Shown in pieces: positions 48,668 through 58,996 of a stretch of DNA of 64,000 nt. The first letter of the stretch is position 1. Each line of letters opens with the position of its first letter. The stretch lies in NCBI GenBank assembly GCA_963695545.1, contig OY968796.1:1728001-1792000 (forward strand), written 5' to 3'. Origin of the DNA: Terriglobia bacterium. GTDB taxonomy: Bacteria > Acidobacteriota > Terriglobia > Acidiferrales > UBA7541. Made by a program: the position numbers and the translations under genes. Under the pieces are notes generated by a model that saw only the letters and a list, made by a program, of their open reading frames with translations, made no database searches and was not told the origin of the DNA.

Positions 48668-49770
48668 GTGATGGATGGCGTGGAACCGCTTGCGGATTGC
48701 GCCGAGCTGCTGGGAGATTGTGCCGATCCGCTGGGAGACTGTGGCGAGCCGCCGGGAGACGTCGGTGGCGTAATGGGAGATGGCGGCGGCGTGGCGCATC
48801 GCGTGCGCGCGCGGTTCTCCGCCATTTTCGCGGCCATGCGCATGGCGGCTTTCATGTTGCGCGCGTCGGCTTTGTTTTGTCCGGCGATGTCGAAGGCCGT
48901 GCCGTGATCGACGGAAGTTCGGATGATGGGGATGCCGACGGAAATATTCACGGTCTCTTCAAAATCGATCAGCTTCATCGGAATGTGTCCTTGATCGTGA
49001 TACATCGCGACGACCAGATCGTAGGCGCCGCGCGAAGCTTGCAGAAAAATCGTGTCGGGCGCGGCGGGACCGTCGCAGGGAATTCCAGACTCGCGCGCCT
49101 GGTGAATCGCGGGCGCAATGATTTGTTCATCTTCGGTGCCGAAAAGGCCGTGTTCGCCGGCGTGAGGATTAAGTCCGCACACAGCGATGCGGGGTTGCGC
49201 GAATCCGAGCAAACGCATGGCTTCGTGACCCGCTTTGATCGTGCGCACGATGCGCGGCGTATCCAGCTGAATGGCTTTGCGCAGCGGAACGTGCGTCGAG
49301 ACGTGCACGACGGCGAGACGCTGGTTGGCGAGAAGCATCCAGGACTCCGTGCAGCGGCACAGTTCGGCGATGTATTCGGTGTGCCCGGAAAATGATCGGC
49401 CGGAGAGTGTGACCGCTTCTTTGTTCAGCGGCGCAGTGACCATGGCATCCGCTTCTCCCGCGAGGCACATCTCGGTGGCCTTGCGCACATAGCGGACGGC
49501 CGCCGCGGCGCAGGCGGCGCTGAGGTGTCCGAAGCGCAGGCCCGATTTTTCGTGCAGCTCTTTGAGATCCAAGATGCGCGCGTGCAATTCTTGCGGTTTG
49601 ATTCCGCAGGTTTGACCGGTGCGATCAAGCACCCAGGCGTCGCCGACGACAATCCAGTTTGCGAGCGACGCGATTTCAGGATCGGCGAGCGCTTTGAGAG
49701 TGATTTCGGCGCCGACGCCGGCCGGATCGCCGATGGTGACAGCGATCGATTGTTTTTTCTCTTCCGTCAT
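48664..49770 (-). CDS. pdxA: PdxA/PdxA2 four-carbon acid-sugar 4-phosphate dehydrogenase
   Basis: GDPAGVGAE, GHTE, NPHAGE, MYHDQG, RTSVDHGTAFDIAG. Confidence 0.92.
   Translation of the reverse strand: MTEEKKQSIAVTIGDPAGVGAEITLKALADPEIASLANWIVVGDAWVLDRTGQTCGIKPQELHARILDLKELHEKSGLRFGHLSAACAAAAVRYVRKATEMCLAGEADAMVTAPLNKEAVTLSGRSFSGHTEYIAELCRCTESWMLLANQRLAVVHVSTHVPLRKAIQLDTPRIVRTIKAGHEAMRLLGFAQPRIAVCGLNPHAGEHGLFGTEDEQIIAPAIHQARESGIPCDGPAAPDTIFLQASRGAYDLVVAMYHDQGHIPMKLIDFEETVNISVGIPIIRTSVDHGTAFDIAGQNKADARNMKAAMRMAAKMAENRARTRCATPPPSPITPPTSPGGSPQSPSGSAQSPSSSAQSASGSTPSIT
48670..48795. repeat. 21-bp degenerate tandem repeat, about 6 units
   Basis: GGGAGA recurs at 48712, 48733, 48754, 48775. Confidence 0.8.
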
Positions 49771-49782
49771 GCTTCGCTCCCG

Positions 49783-51045
49783 CTACGCTGCGTCCGGCGC
49801 GATGGCACAGAGAATTTTCGCCGCATTCACCAGAGCCATTTCATCGCCGAAGCCGCCCGCTTTTGTGGCTACCGCCAATCGGTCGAGCAATCCGCCGCGA
49901 AGAATGCCGCGCGGAATGCCGGGCGACACTTCATCCTGAAGCTGGATCGCTGTGGCGCCGATCGCGTCGCACACAAGTTCGGCCGTGCTGCCACCGCTGA
50001 GGAAAGCCGCGGAGATTCCGCTGCGGTGCGCTTCGGCAATCAGCAGACGGATTCGCGCACGGTCGGCCGCCGACGCGTCGTAGAGCAGCAGCAACGCGTG
50101 GCGCATCTGCTGGATGATCTTCCTCACATCGCTGGGCGTAGCCGTCTTCGCATCGAGTGCGCTGGCCTGTCCGCTTTCTTCAAGGCGTTTCACTTGAAGC
50201 AGTGTGACGGGATGATCCGAGCCCACGCAAAAGAGGACGGGCGCTCGATGACCATCGGAGTTTCGCGCAGCGGGAGTTCCGATCTTTCCGGGACTCGTGA
50301 CGTGAGGCGAACCGCTGGAGTCGCGAGCAATGGCAAGAATTTGCGCCGCGTATTTCGCGAGACCGGCGGAGCCGACCCAAAGCGGCCGCGTCGGCAATTC
50401 ATGCAGGGCTTGCGCGATGCGCTCAAGATCCTGCTCGGTTTCGGAATCGCAAATAATGAATTCCGTGCCGGTCGCACGAAGCTGAAGTATGTCCTGTGCG
50501 ATTTTCCCTGGGCGTGCCGCGACGCCGGCAGAAAGCAGCGCGATTTTATCGAGACCTTGCTGCGAGAGCAGCTCGCGCACATCGATGGCTAAGGAGCCGG
50601 TGCAATCGCGAATGTGAAGCACGCCGCGAGCGACGCTGCGGCCTTGTGCAGGAAGTGCCGGCGCGAGCACGGCAAAGTCAAGGGCGGCGGCGCGCATCAT
50701 TGCTCGCGATTCGGAAACGATGTTGCCGCGCAGCGTGGAATCAATTTTCTTGAAGAGTATCGCGTTCGCTGCCGGCGCCATGGGCCGCGTGAGACGCTCG
50801 ACTTCTTCGGCAGCGGCTTCAGGCGATTGGTGGCGCGAGCGCGAGTTGGCGATGCGGATTTCGGCTTCGAGAGGCGGGTCGCTCGAGGCGAGTTCAACGA
50901 TGCTGTTGAGGCCGCGGAGCGCGAACTGCACGCCCGTGTCGCACGCGCCGGTGAGATCGTCGGCAATTACAACGGCGGCGGACGCTTGGCGCGCGGGAAG
51001 CGTTTCGAGTTCGTCGGTTGTTTTCATTTGGGGCGCGCGCATCAT
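49783..51045 (-). CDS. Four-carbon acid sugar kinase (DUF1537, OtnK/DtnK-like)
   Basis: IADDLTGACD, KKIDSTLRGN, SGGSTA, TKAGGFG; start 51045 or 51027. Confidence 0.9.
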   Translation of the reverse strand: MMRAPQMKTTDELETLPARQASAAVVIADDLTGACDTGVQFALRGLNSIVELASSDPPLEAEIRIANSRSRHQSPEAAAEEVERLTRPMAPAANAILFKKIDSTLRGNIVSESRAMMRAAALDFAVLAPALPAQGRSVARGVLHIRDCTGSLAIDVRELLSQQGLDKIALLSAGVAARPGKIAQDILQLRATGTEFIICDSETEQDLERIAQALHELPTRPLWVGSAGLAKYAAQILAIARDSSGSPHVTSPGKIGTPAARNSDGHRAPVLFCVGSDHPVTLLQVKRLEESGQASALDAKTATPSDVRKIIQQMRHALLLLYDASAADRARIRLLIAEAHRSGISAAFLSGGSTAELVCDAIGATAIQLQDEVSPGIPRGILRGGLLDRLAVATKAGGFGDEMALVNAAKILCAIAPDAA

Positions 51046-51114
51046 CGAAATTCCCACGGCGTATCTTTTCCGACTGCGACGCCGAAACTCAAGACGCAAC
51101 CGGCGACGCGCTGG

Positions 51115-52887
51115 TCACGCGGACGGCAACAAACCAGTGACGCGACCGAGCTGCGTTGCGTGCGCGATCAGGTTGCCGTCGGCGAATACGGAAAGACCCT
51201 GGCCCTTGCCGAATTTCTTGCCGGTCTCGTCCCACACGATGGTCAGCAAACGGCCGTGATACGGAACGCGATCGAGACAAAACCAATCCCAAGTGTTTGC
51301 GGGCAAGAGCGGATGAACCTCCACCGTCGCATCCGCGCGTGGGCGCAATCCCACGAGATCAGTAATCACGAGATCGGCGTAGGCGGAATGATTGTAGTGG
51401 TCGCCGCGGCCGTAAAAAACGCCCTCTTTTATTTTGCGCTCACGAGCGAGCCAATTGCCGGTGAAGGGATCGAGATTTTCGTCAATCCAGGGAATCACGC
51501 GGCCGTCGTCAAGGCGCAAGCGATGGCTGCGCGTGTAGATCAGAAAGGTTCTGAAATAATCTTGCGGCGAAATCGCCGGATGGAGATTGCTAGCCGGTGC
51601 GGTGTTCAGGAAGTTGCCGAGCGCCTTTAGCGTGATGGTTGTCGAGAACGGCCAGCTCGGACCATTCCACTGGCAATCGTCGCCATCAAACGCGATACGA
51701 AATCCCGGATTGCGCTGCTCGGCAGTTGTCGGGCCGTACGGCGCAAAGAAGGCTTGCGCGTCCATCAATGATTTCCACGCGGCTTCGTATCCGAAGCCCG
51801 CGGGAGGGAGACCGAAGAGCCAGGGCGAGAAACCGATTTCTTCGCGGACGTTCGCGAGTTTTCCGGATTCGAGGAGCGCCTCGAAGAATCGGTCGCGAGA
51901 GCTCCACAGATGTTCGCACACGAGTTGGCGCAAGCGCACCGCCTTGGCTTCGTACTGGTGCGCAACGTCGGGCTTTTCGGCAAGCGAGGCGATCGCGGCG
52001 ATGGCTTTGGCATTGCCGAACATGTAGCTATTGATCGAAGGGCGCGCGTTGTGAATCTTGCGGCCGCCGCTGATGGATTCTTCCATTCCATCGGCGACAT
52101 CGAATTGCCAGAACAGACCGCTCGGAAGCAATCGCTCCTGTTCCCAAGTTTTGTAATCGAGAATTAGCGCGTCGAGTTGCGAAAGCAAGAAATTCCGGTC
52201 GCCATTCACAAGCCAGCGATCGTAGACGGCGGCAGAGGTCCAGCCGCTGAATTGATGCAGCTTTGGGTGGATTCCGCCATTCGGGCCGCCGCGCAGCCAG
52301 AAATTGATGTGCTGGTCGATGTACTGCGAATCGTGCAGCCAGCGTCCTTCCGCGACATGATGGCCGAAGGCGCAGCTCAGCGCGTTGTATTCACCGGCGT
52401 GCTTCACGGGTTTCAGAAACTCAGTGATGATGAAGCCGACGGGAGTTTTTTCGATATGTTTCCGGTAGGCCCACCAACGATAGTAATAAGTTTGCTCGAC
52501 ATCGCCGTCCGGACACGCGAAGAATGGAATATTGGATTGCATCCAGTCCCAGGCAGCCGCATCCGGGATATACGTGACGACATTTTCCGGCAACATGGCG
52601 TTGAAAAACTCGACGTAGTAACGGAAGTCCGCGGGATCGAGAACGTACTGGGATTGAGGTTCGGCGGTTTGGCCGGCGGAGATTTCGCGCGCACCGGAGG
52701 AATGATCGCTCGAAATTCCGGGCACGAACGCCGAATGTACGCCACTGAAATTTGAGGCGCTAGCGTTTCGCGCGCCGAGGATAGCGGTGGCGCCGGCCGC
52801 GCCCAGCCACGCCAACACGGCTCTGCGAGAAGGGGCTCGCGTGGTCAATTTGGTCGATTCGTCGCTAAGCGCGTGGTGCGAATTCAT
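51115..52887 (-). CDS. Tat-exported six-hairpin glycoside hydrolase (MGH1/GH63- or GH142-like)
   Basis: SRRAVL Tat motif; YYYRWW, DGMEESISG, WNGPSWP, HYNHS. Confidence 0.7.
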   Translation of the reverse strand: MNSHHALSDESTKLTTRAPSRRAVLAWLGAAGATAILGARNASASNFSGVHSAFVPGISSDHSSGAREISAGQTAEPQSQYVLDPADFRYYVEFFNAMLPENVVTYIPDAAAWDWMQSNIPFFACPDGDVEQTYYYRWWAYRKHIEKTPVGFIITEFLKPVKHAGEYNALSCAFGHHVAEGRWLHDSQYIDQHINFWLRGGPNGGIHPKLHQFSGWTSAAVYDRWLVNGDRNFLLSQLDALILDYKTWEQERLLPSGLFWQFDVADGMEESISGGRKIHNARPSINSYMFGNAKAIAAIASLAEKPDVAHQYEAKAVRLRQLVCEHLWSSRDRFFEALLESGKLANVREEIGFSPWLFGLPPAGFGYEAAWKSLMDAQAFFAPYGPTTAEQRNPGFRIAFDGDDCQWNGPSWPFSTTITLKALGNFLNTAPASNLHPAISPQDYFRTFLIYTRSHRLRLDDGRVIPWIDENLDPFTGNWLARERKIKEGVFYGRGDHYNHSAYADLVITDLVGLRPRADATVEVHPLLPANTWDWFCLDRVPYHGRLLTIVWDETGKKFGKGQGLSVFADGNLIAHATQLGRVTGLLPSA

Positions 52888-53125
52888 GCTCGATTCCAAC
52901 AAGGTTCTATCACAATTTGAAAGGCCGACGCGACGGACTCGCGAGCGCAACTGCGAACGGCGATAATAAGGCGCAAAGCGGCCGCGTGACGATATAAAGA
53001 AACGCTGTCGACGAGCGAGAATCGAAAGCTCTAAACTTCTCTAAGTTACTGTGTAATAGGCTCTTGTGTCTGTGTGAGGCGTTTCCGCCCGCCTCGAGAT
53101 GCTTCGCCCGCCTATTTCGGCGGGT

Positions 53126-53160
53126 TCCCGTTTCATATTCGCGAATTCCGTTTCAGATTT
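53126..53160. promoter_or_regulatory. Candidate IclR operator in divergent promoter
   Basis: CCGTTTCATATT and CCGTTTCAGATT direct repeat 20 bp apart. Confidence 0.45.
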
Positions 53161-53237
53161 CCATTTTGCATTGATAGCGGTATACTCCCGTGGCTCCGAA
53201 GCTGCCCGCTACCGACTCCGAGGACGACGACTGACGC

Positions 53238-54083
53238 ATGGCTACCGCGACTCGCAGAAAACGACGCAGTCCACGAAACCAAGGGCCGGCCGCCGGTGAG
53301 AATAGAGAGGGGCGGCGTTATTTTTCGCGCGGCGTTGGCAGGGCGCTGGAGATCATTGAGCTGCTGACGCGCACGACCGGTCCGCTCGGCCTGAACGAAG
53401 TCGCCGCGCGAATCAACACCACCAAGAGCTCGGCGTTTCGCTTGCTGCGCACACTTGAAGCGCTGGACTACGTGACGCAAGCCGGCGACGGACAATACTT
53501 GATTCTGCCCGAGAACCGCGCCACGGTGCCGTCACGAATCGCGAATTCGCTGGTGCGCGTGGCGCGGGGCGCGATGAAGCGGCTGAACATGGAGTTTCAA
53601 GAGACGGTCAGTTTGGCGGTGTTGTTCACGAATCACATCGAAGTGGTGGAAGTCTTCGAGAGCCCGCAGCTGATCCGCATGGCCAACACGGTGGGGAAGA
53701 TCATTCCGCCGCATGCAAGTTCGATGGGTAAATCGATCACCGCGCTGCAGAACGACGAGATGCGCAACAAGCTCTTGCGGAGCTACGGATTTCCGCGGTT
53801 CACGCCCAACACGATTACCGACGAATTGGCCTTACGCGAAAATTTCGAGCAGATTCGCAGGCTGGGGCATGCGTTTGACGCGGAGGAAAGCACTCCCGAT
53901 GGATGTTGTTTTGGAGCGCCGCTGGTGATCGAGCCGCACGGGGCCATCGCGGCGATCAGTCTTTCGATGCCAAAGTCTCGAGTGCCGCAGGGCGCGGGCG
54001 CGGAAAAAATGGTGCAAGCGCTGCTGGAAGCGTCAAGCCAGATTGCGCACGATTTGGATCAGGCGATGCGACCGCGCCGTTAG
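53238..54083 (+). CDS. IclR-family regulator
   Basis: RALEIIELL, KSSAFRLLRTL HTH, HASSMGK, FTPNTIT, DAEE. Confidence 0.92.
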   Translation: MATATRRKRRSPRNQGPAAGENREGRRYFSRGVGRALEIIELLTRTTGPLGLNEVAARINTTKSSAFRLLRTLEALDYVTQAGDGQYLILPENRATVPSRIANSLVRVARGAMKRLNMEFQETVSLAVLFTNHIEVVEVFESPQLIRMANTVGKIIPPHASSMGKSITALQNDEMRNKLLRSYGFPRFTPNTITDELALRENFEQIRRLGHAFDAEESTPDGCCFGAPLVIEPHGAIAAISLSMPKSRVPQGAGAEKMVQALLEASSQIAHDLDQAMRPRR

Positions 54084-54187
54084 ACGACGGGCCGCGAATC
54101 GATCGGCAGTGACAACGGTGCGGGCCCTCTTCCAACCGCCAGTGATTGCCAAAGGCATCACGGACACGCAATGGGACGCGGCTAAAA

Positions 54188-55159
54188 ATGGAAAAGCGAT
54201 CATTGCCGCACACGGATTTGAGCGTTTCGCGCGTGGCGCTGGGCACGATGACGTTTGGCGCGCAAACCAACGAGAGCGCGGCGCGGAGCATGGTGGACGC
54301 GTGCCTGGATTTTGGCGTGAATTTTTTCGACACGGCGAACGTTTACAATCACGGGGCATCGGAAACAATTCTGGGGAACGCGCTGCGGGGGCGCCGAGAG
54401 CAAGCGGTGATCGCGACGAAAGTGCGCGGCAAGATGGGCGAAGCGGCCGACGAGAGCGGATTGTCGCGCGCCGCCATTCGCAAGGCGATCGAAGCGAGCT
54501 TGGAGCGGCTCGCGACCAACTACGTGGACATTTATTATCTCCACCAACCGGATTACGGCGTTTCGATCGAAGAGACGATCGCGGCGATGGACGAGATCGT
54601 CCGCGAAGGCAAAGTGCGCTACGTGGGCGTGTCGAATTACGCGGCGTGGCAAGTCGCCGAGATTCACTGCATTTGCAAAGATCACGGTTTTTCCGCTCCG
54701 CACATTTCCCAGCCGCTCTACAACCTGCTCGCGCGGGGAATCGAAGAGGAATTTTTGCCATTTTGCAAAAGTTTCGAGGTGGGCGTGATTCCATACAATC
54801 CGCTGGCGGGCGGCCTCTTGACCGGAAAGCAGCGCACCGCGGCGGGGCCGATGGCCGGCACGCGATTCGATAAGAATCAGATGTATTTGGATCGCTACTG
54901 GCACGCGGATTTCTTCGCGGCAGTGGCGGAGCTGGAAACAGTGGCGAGGGAAGCGGGCATCACGCTCGTAGAGCTGGCGCTTCGCTGGCTGCTGGCTCAA
55001 CCGCAGGTGGATTCGATTCTGCTCGGCGCTTCGCGCGTGGAACAGCTAGAGCAGAACCTTGCCGCATCGGCGGGGCCGGCGCTTGAGCCGGCGACGCTGC
55101 AGAAGTGCGACGCGGTGTGGAAGCGGCTGCGGGGCCTCACTCCGAAATACAATCGCTGA
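54188..55159 (+). CDS. Aldo/keto reductase
   Basis: LGTMTFG, FFDTANVY, IATK, YYLHQPD, YNPLAGGLLTGK. Confidence 0.93.
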   Translation: MEKRSLPHTDLSVSRVALGTMTFGAQTNESAARSMVDACLDFGVNFFDTANVYNHGASETILGNALRGRREQAVIATKVRGKMGEAADESGLSRAAIRKAIEASLERLATNYVDIYYLHQPDYGVSIEETIAAMDEIVREGKVRYVGVSNYAAWQVAEIHCICKDHGFSAPHISQPLYNLLARGIEEEFLPFCKSFEVGVIPYNPLAGGLLTGKQRTAAGPMAGTRFDKNQMYLDRYWHADFFAAVAELETVAREAGITLVELALRWLLAQPQVDSILLGASRVEQLEQNLAASAGPALEPATLQKCDAVWKRLRGLTPKYNR

Positions 55160-55182
55160 TTCGATCCGGCAGGGATTACTTC

Positions 55183-55242
55183 AAAAAAAACTGCGGAAAA
55201 GAAAACTGGGGTGCCCCTCCGCGTTCGGAGGAGCACCCCAGT
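55183..55242 (-). terminator. Rho-independent terminator of TonB receptor gene
   Basis: ACTGGGGTGC/GCACCCCAGT stem with minus-strand T tracts. Confidence 0.75.
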
Positions 55243-55267
55243 GGTTGGTTGTCTAGTTACGTCAAAA

Positions 55268-58200
55268 TTAGAACGAGAACCTCGCAGTAGCAAACACCGC
55301 GCGAGCGCCCGAGCTTATGGACGACGTATTGCTTCCGCTCGAGGCCAACGTGCCCGTGATCTGCCCGAAACTGCCGGGGTTGCCCACCGTGAGAGCGGTG
55401 GTAGATGACGGGTTGGCGAAGTGTGGCGTATTGGTGAGGCTGACGGCCTGTATTTCAATAAACAGTTTTATTTGCTCATGAATCGGGAACTCACGGCCGA
55501 GGCTCATATCCAGGTTGAAGAGGCCCGGTCCGCGGAATTCGTCACGGCCCGTATCGCCGAACACTGCGCCGCAGTTTCCAGCGACCGCGCCCGCCGCATT
55601 GCATGCGACCACAGAGTAGAAGTCGGCCGGGTTAAAGTACGTGCAAGCCGGGTTCGAGTTGGTGCAGGTCACGCCAGGCGGCGGACCGGGATTGTTGTAG
55701 AACTGGATGTTCGAGAGCATGTTGGCGGTTTGCGAGTTACCCGTAGAGTTCAAGGAGTTTGCGTTCCCGGACACGGTGAAGGGGAAGCCGCTGGCCTTGG
55801 TGAGAACCTCGCTTAACAGCCAGCCGCCCAAGATCTTGCCGCCGAAGCCGTGCTGCATCCATTCGCCGTCTTTGCCGAATGGGCTTGGCTCGGCGCCGTA
55901 GATTTCGAGGTTGTTGGTTTGATCGTATCCCGAGGTCGCCCGGTTGCGGTAAAAGTAGGCCGGTGCGGTGAAGAAGAACCCGGAATCGGCGTAGTTGGTG
56001 TTGGCGTTGTTTACCTCGTCGATGGTATGCGACCAGGTGTAGTTGACGCCGATAAATCCGCCGTGTCCGAGCTTGCGGGTCAACTCCGTCTGCATAGCGT
56101 TATAGTTGCTGCTTCCGCAGCCGCATTGTGAATTGATGGTGAGTCCAGCGGACGTCAATTGGGTTGGGAATGCCAGGTTCATCTGGCCATCTTGGCCCGC
56201 GCCTGGATTGGACCAATTTAGGTTGTAATAGGCCTGCTCGCGAATCCCGAGAGTACGTACATAGGCGATTTGAAAATTGAAGCCGGCTCCCAGATCGCGT
56301 TGCACGGTCAAGTTGTAGGACTCAATGTAACCACGGCGGTAGTCCAGCGGAACGGTCGTGGTGTTCGCGTTGGGAAGTGGAATCGAGCCCGAAGTGATGT
56401 TGAAAGTCGGCAGCGACGGTACGCCGAGCGGCAGGGCGAGCGTTCCGTTATACGGTCCATAGCTGCACGTGCTGGTATTCGTCACGCCGGTGCAGGTGAT
56501 GCCCGACCCTGATGCGGGAATCCCCATAAGTCCGGCGGGATTATACGTTGTAGGCGCGTTGCCTTGTACAAGAGCGTCGGATGGATAGGCGTCGCGCAGG
56601 TTCCGGAAGTTCGAGGGGTCAACGCTGATGCCGAAGCCCGCCCGGACCACCGTCTTTGGAGTCAAGCGATAGGCAAGACCGATGCGAGGAACGATCTGCG
56701 CGGGCGTCTTCACGCCGTCGCGGAGCGGAACGCTGCCGTTGCCGCCGATGATGACCTGGCCGGTTGCGGGGTTGAAGACGGGAATGCCTTCCTGATGGCC
56801 CTCATACGGGGCCTCCGTCATGAAGGGGTACCACTCCACGCGCGCACCGTAACTGACGGTCAGTTTCTGGGTCGCTTGCCAAGTATCCTGACCGTACCAG
56901 GAATACGTGGATTCGCGCTCGGTGTTGGGGATCAGCGTGTCGCTCGCTTTGCCGGTCTGGTCCGGCAAGCCGAGGAGGAAATCCGCAAAGGAGTTGTAGT
57001 CAGTGATGCCCGCGGACGTCCCATTAGAGGTCATGTTTCCATTGAAACCGAAGCCGCCGCGCCCTGTTTGGATGTTGCCGCCCTCGGGCTGGAAGTGATT
57101 GAGGCCCCAGTGGATCTGTTCGTAACCGAAGCGAATCGCGTGGGTGCTCTTCTGCCAACTGAAGTTGACGTCGCCGGTGTATTCATTGTCGCGGAAGAGA
57201 AACGGGTTGGCAGTGTTCGGGTCGCCCATGTTGGCAAAACCCGAAAGGGTGAAGGCCGGATATCCGGCTTGAAGCAACGTGCCGCCGTTTGCGCCGGGAA
57301 TGCCTTCCGCAATGCCGAAGTTATCGCCCGCGACGTTGTCGAGGTTCAACGCGCCGAGTTTTTGCCGCGTATATCCGAAGTTCCCGTCCATGATGAAGGA
57401 CGGGGTGAAGGCGTAGGTGCCGCCGAGACCGAGAACCTGAATCCTGGACAGCGAATTTCCCTGCTGGCCGCCATTGGTGGCGTTTCCGCCAGCCACGCCG
57501 AGAGCGGGCGGGTCAAGGATGTCGGCGAGAGAAATGCTATAGCGGCCGAAGATCGTGGATTTGCTGGTTGGGAGGTAGGTGAACTTGGAATCTATGTCGT
57601 CGACAGTGTAGTCGCCGTCGGCGTTGTTGACGTAATTGTAGGACAAGGCTGGATTAAACAGCGCAAACGGAGTCGCCGCCCCTTTGAGGACATTGAGGTA
57701 GCTGAGCGCTGCGGGACTGATTTGCGTGAGCGGAATGAAATTGTTGGCGAACTGGGTGCGGCCCGTTCCGTTGGCGGCTCCGGTCATGGGGTTATAGATC
57801 GCCACGGGAACGGTGGTGGACCCGCTGAGATAACTGGTTGGCAATTGGATGCCCTGAACGCCGCCGACGGTCGAGAGGGCGTACATGCTGGAGTCCGGAA
57901 TGAGCTGGTTCACGAACGCGTTTTGGCGCTGGGTGTTGCGTTCGTAATCGCCGAAGAAGAACAACTTGTTCTTGATGATCGGGCCGCCGACGTTTCCGGA
58001 GTACTGGTTGTTGATGGTCTTGCGGAGGGGGCCGCACTTATTGATCGAAACCGACACTACGCAGTTGGAGCCGTATTCATTAGGCTGGGTGAAGTAGTTC
58101 AGAGCCGTCATGTGCTGATCGTTGTGGCTGAAGAAGCCGCCACCGTGGAACTGGTTGGTGCCGGACTTGATGGTGACGTTAATGGCCGCGCCACCCGCCA

Positions 58201-58969
58201 TGCCCTGCTCGGCGTCAAAGGAATTGGTGACGATGTTTACGGTCTCGATCGAATCGGGAGGCGGAACGTACGCCAAGTTCGCCGGGAGCCATTCGTACAC
58301 GTCAGCCTGACCGTCGACCCTGGTCGTATTGGTCTGGGCGCTGACGCCGTTGACGAATGCAGTCATGGAGCGCTGCGGATTGCCCGCGGCCGAATTCGGT
58401 TCCTGCGGCGTTTCGAAACCGGGGACAATCTTGTACAGGCTTTGGAAATTGCGTCCCTCTGAGGAGGGTAACGGTAGGGTGCCAATTTCGGCTGAATTCA
58501 AGTCCGTGTGAATGTCGGCGCGATCGGTCTGTAACACGGGAGCTGTGGCGGCGACAGTGACGGTCTCGATCTTGCCGGCTACGGCGAGCACGGTGTCCGC
58601 GCGGAGCGTGTTGTTGGTCCTGACGACGAGGCCATCCTGAACCGAAGTGCCCAATCCTGTGGCCGTGACCGTGAGCTTGTAGGTGCCCGGCACAAGGTCG
58701 GTGAACTCAAAAACGCCGTGGTCGTCGGTCTTTTTGGTGCTGACGTCGCCGGTGCCGTCGTTCAACGCCTCGACTGTGGCATTGGGCACCACCGCGCCGG
58801 TTTGGTCGGTTACGTTACCGGTGAGGTCGCCATAGAGAACTTGCGCGCGTGCGGCGCTGGGAATCATACAGATGCACGCAAGCAGCAAAACTAATGCGTA
58901 GCCAATGGCCCGTCGTTCCTTTACGTTCTGGATTGCAGTCGCCCTACACGACAGAGTGTACTTCGACAT
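55268..58969 (-). CDS. TonB-dependent receptor, Oar-like, with carboxypeptidase-regulatory N-domain
   Basis: G.VTDQTGAVVP, KSGTNQFHG, GGPIIKNKLFFF, C-terminal ARFSF; 1233 aa. Confidence 0.92.
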   Translation of the reverse strand: MSKYTLSCRATAIQNVKERRAIGYALVLLLACICMIPSAARAQVLYGDLTGNVTDQTGAVVPNATVEALNDGTGDVSTKKTDDHGVFEFTDLVPGTYKLTVTATGLGTSVQDGLVVRTNNTLRADTVLAVAGKIETVTVAATAPVLQTDRADIHTDLNSAEIGTLPLPSSEGRNFQSLYKIVPGFETPQEPNSAAGNPQRSMTAFVNGVSAQTNTTRVDGQADVYEWLPANLAYVPPPDSIETVNIVTNSFDAEQGMAGGAAINVTIKSGTNQFHGGGFFSHNDQHMTALNYFTQPNEYGSNCVVSVSINKCGPLRKTINNQYSGNVGGPIIKNKLFFFGDYERNTQRQNAFVNQLIPDSSMYALSTVGGVQGIQLPTSYLSGSTTVPVAIYNPMTGAANGTGRTQFANNFIPLTQISPAALSYLNVLKGAATPFALFNPALSYNYVNNADGDYTVDDIDSKFTYLPTSKSTIFGRYSISLADILDPPALGVAGGNATNGGQQGNSLSRIQVLGLGGTYAFTPSFIMDGNFGYTRQKLGALNLDNVAGDNFGIAEGIPGANGGTLLQAGYPAFTLSGFANMGDPNTANPFLFRDNEYTGDVNFSWQKSTHAIRFGYEQIHWGLNHFQPEGGNIQTGRGGFGFNGNMTSNGTSAGITDYNSFADFLLGLPDQTGKASDTLIPNTERESTYSWYGQDTWQATQKLTVSYGARVEWYPFMTEAPYEGHQEGIPVFNPATGQVIIGGNGSVPLRDGVKTPAQIVPRIGLAYRLTPKTVVRAGFGISVDPSNFRNLRDAYPSDALVQGNAPTTYNPAGLMGIPASGSGITCTGVTNTSTCSYGPYNGTLALPLGVPSLPTFNITSGSIPLPNANTTTVPLDYRRGYIESYNLTVQRDLGAGFNFQIAYVRTLGIREQAYYNLNWSNPGAGQDGQMNLAFPTQLTSAGLTINSQCGCGSSNYNAMQTELTRKLGHGGFIGVNYTWSHTIDEVNNANTNYADSGFFFTAPAYFYRNRATSGYDQTNNLEIYGAEPSPFGKDGEWMQHGFGGKILGGWLLSEVLTKASGFPFTVSGNANSLNSTGNSQTANMLSNIQFYNNPGPPPGVTCTNSNPACTYFNPADFYSVVACNAAGAVAGNCGAVFGDTGRDEFRGPGLFNLDMSLGREFPIHEQIKLFIEIQAVSLTNTPHFANPSSTTALTVGNPGSFGQITGTLASSGSNTSSISSGARAVFATARFSF

Positions 58970-58996
58970 TTGCCGCCCCCTTTTATTTTTACCGAA

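Noticed and set aside
56564..58462. 632-aa plus-strand ORF and similar long antisense ORFs elsewhere
   Set aside because: Antisense shadows of well-supported genes, expected in high-GC DNA.
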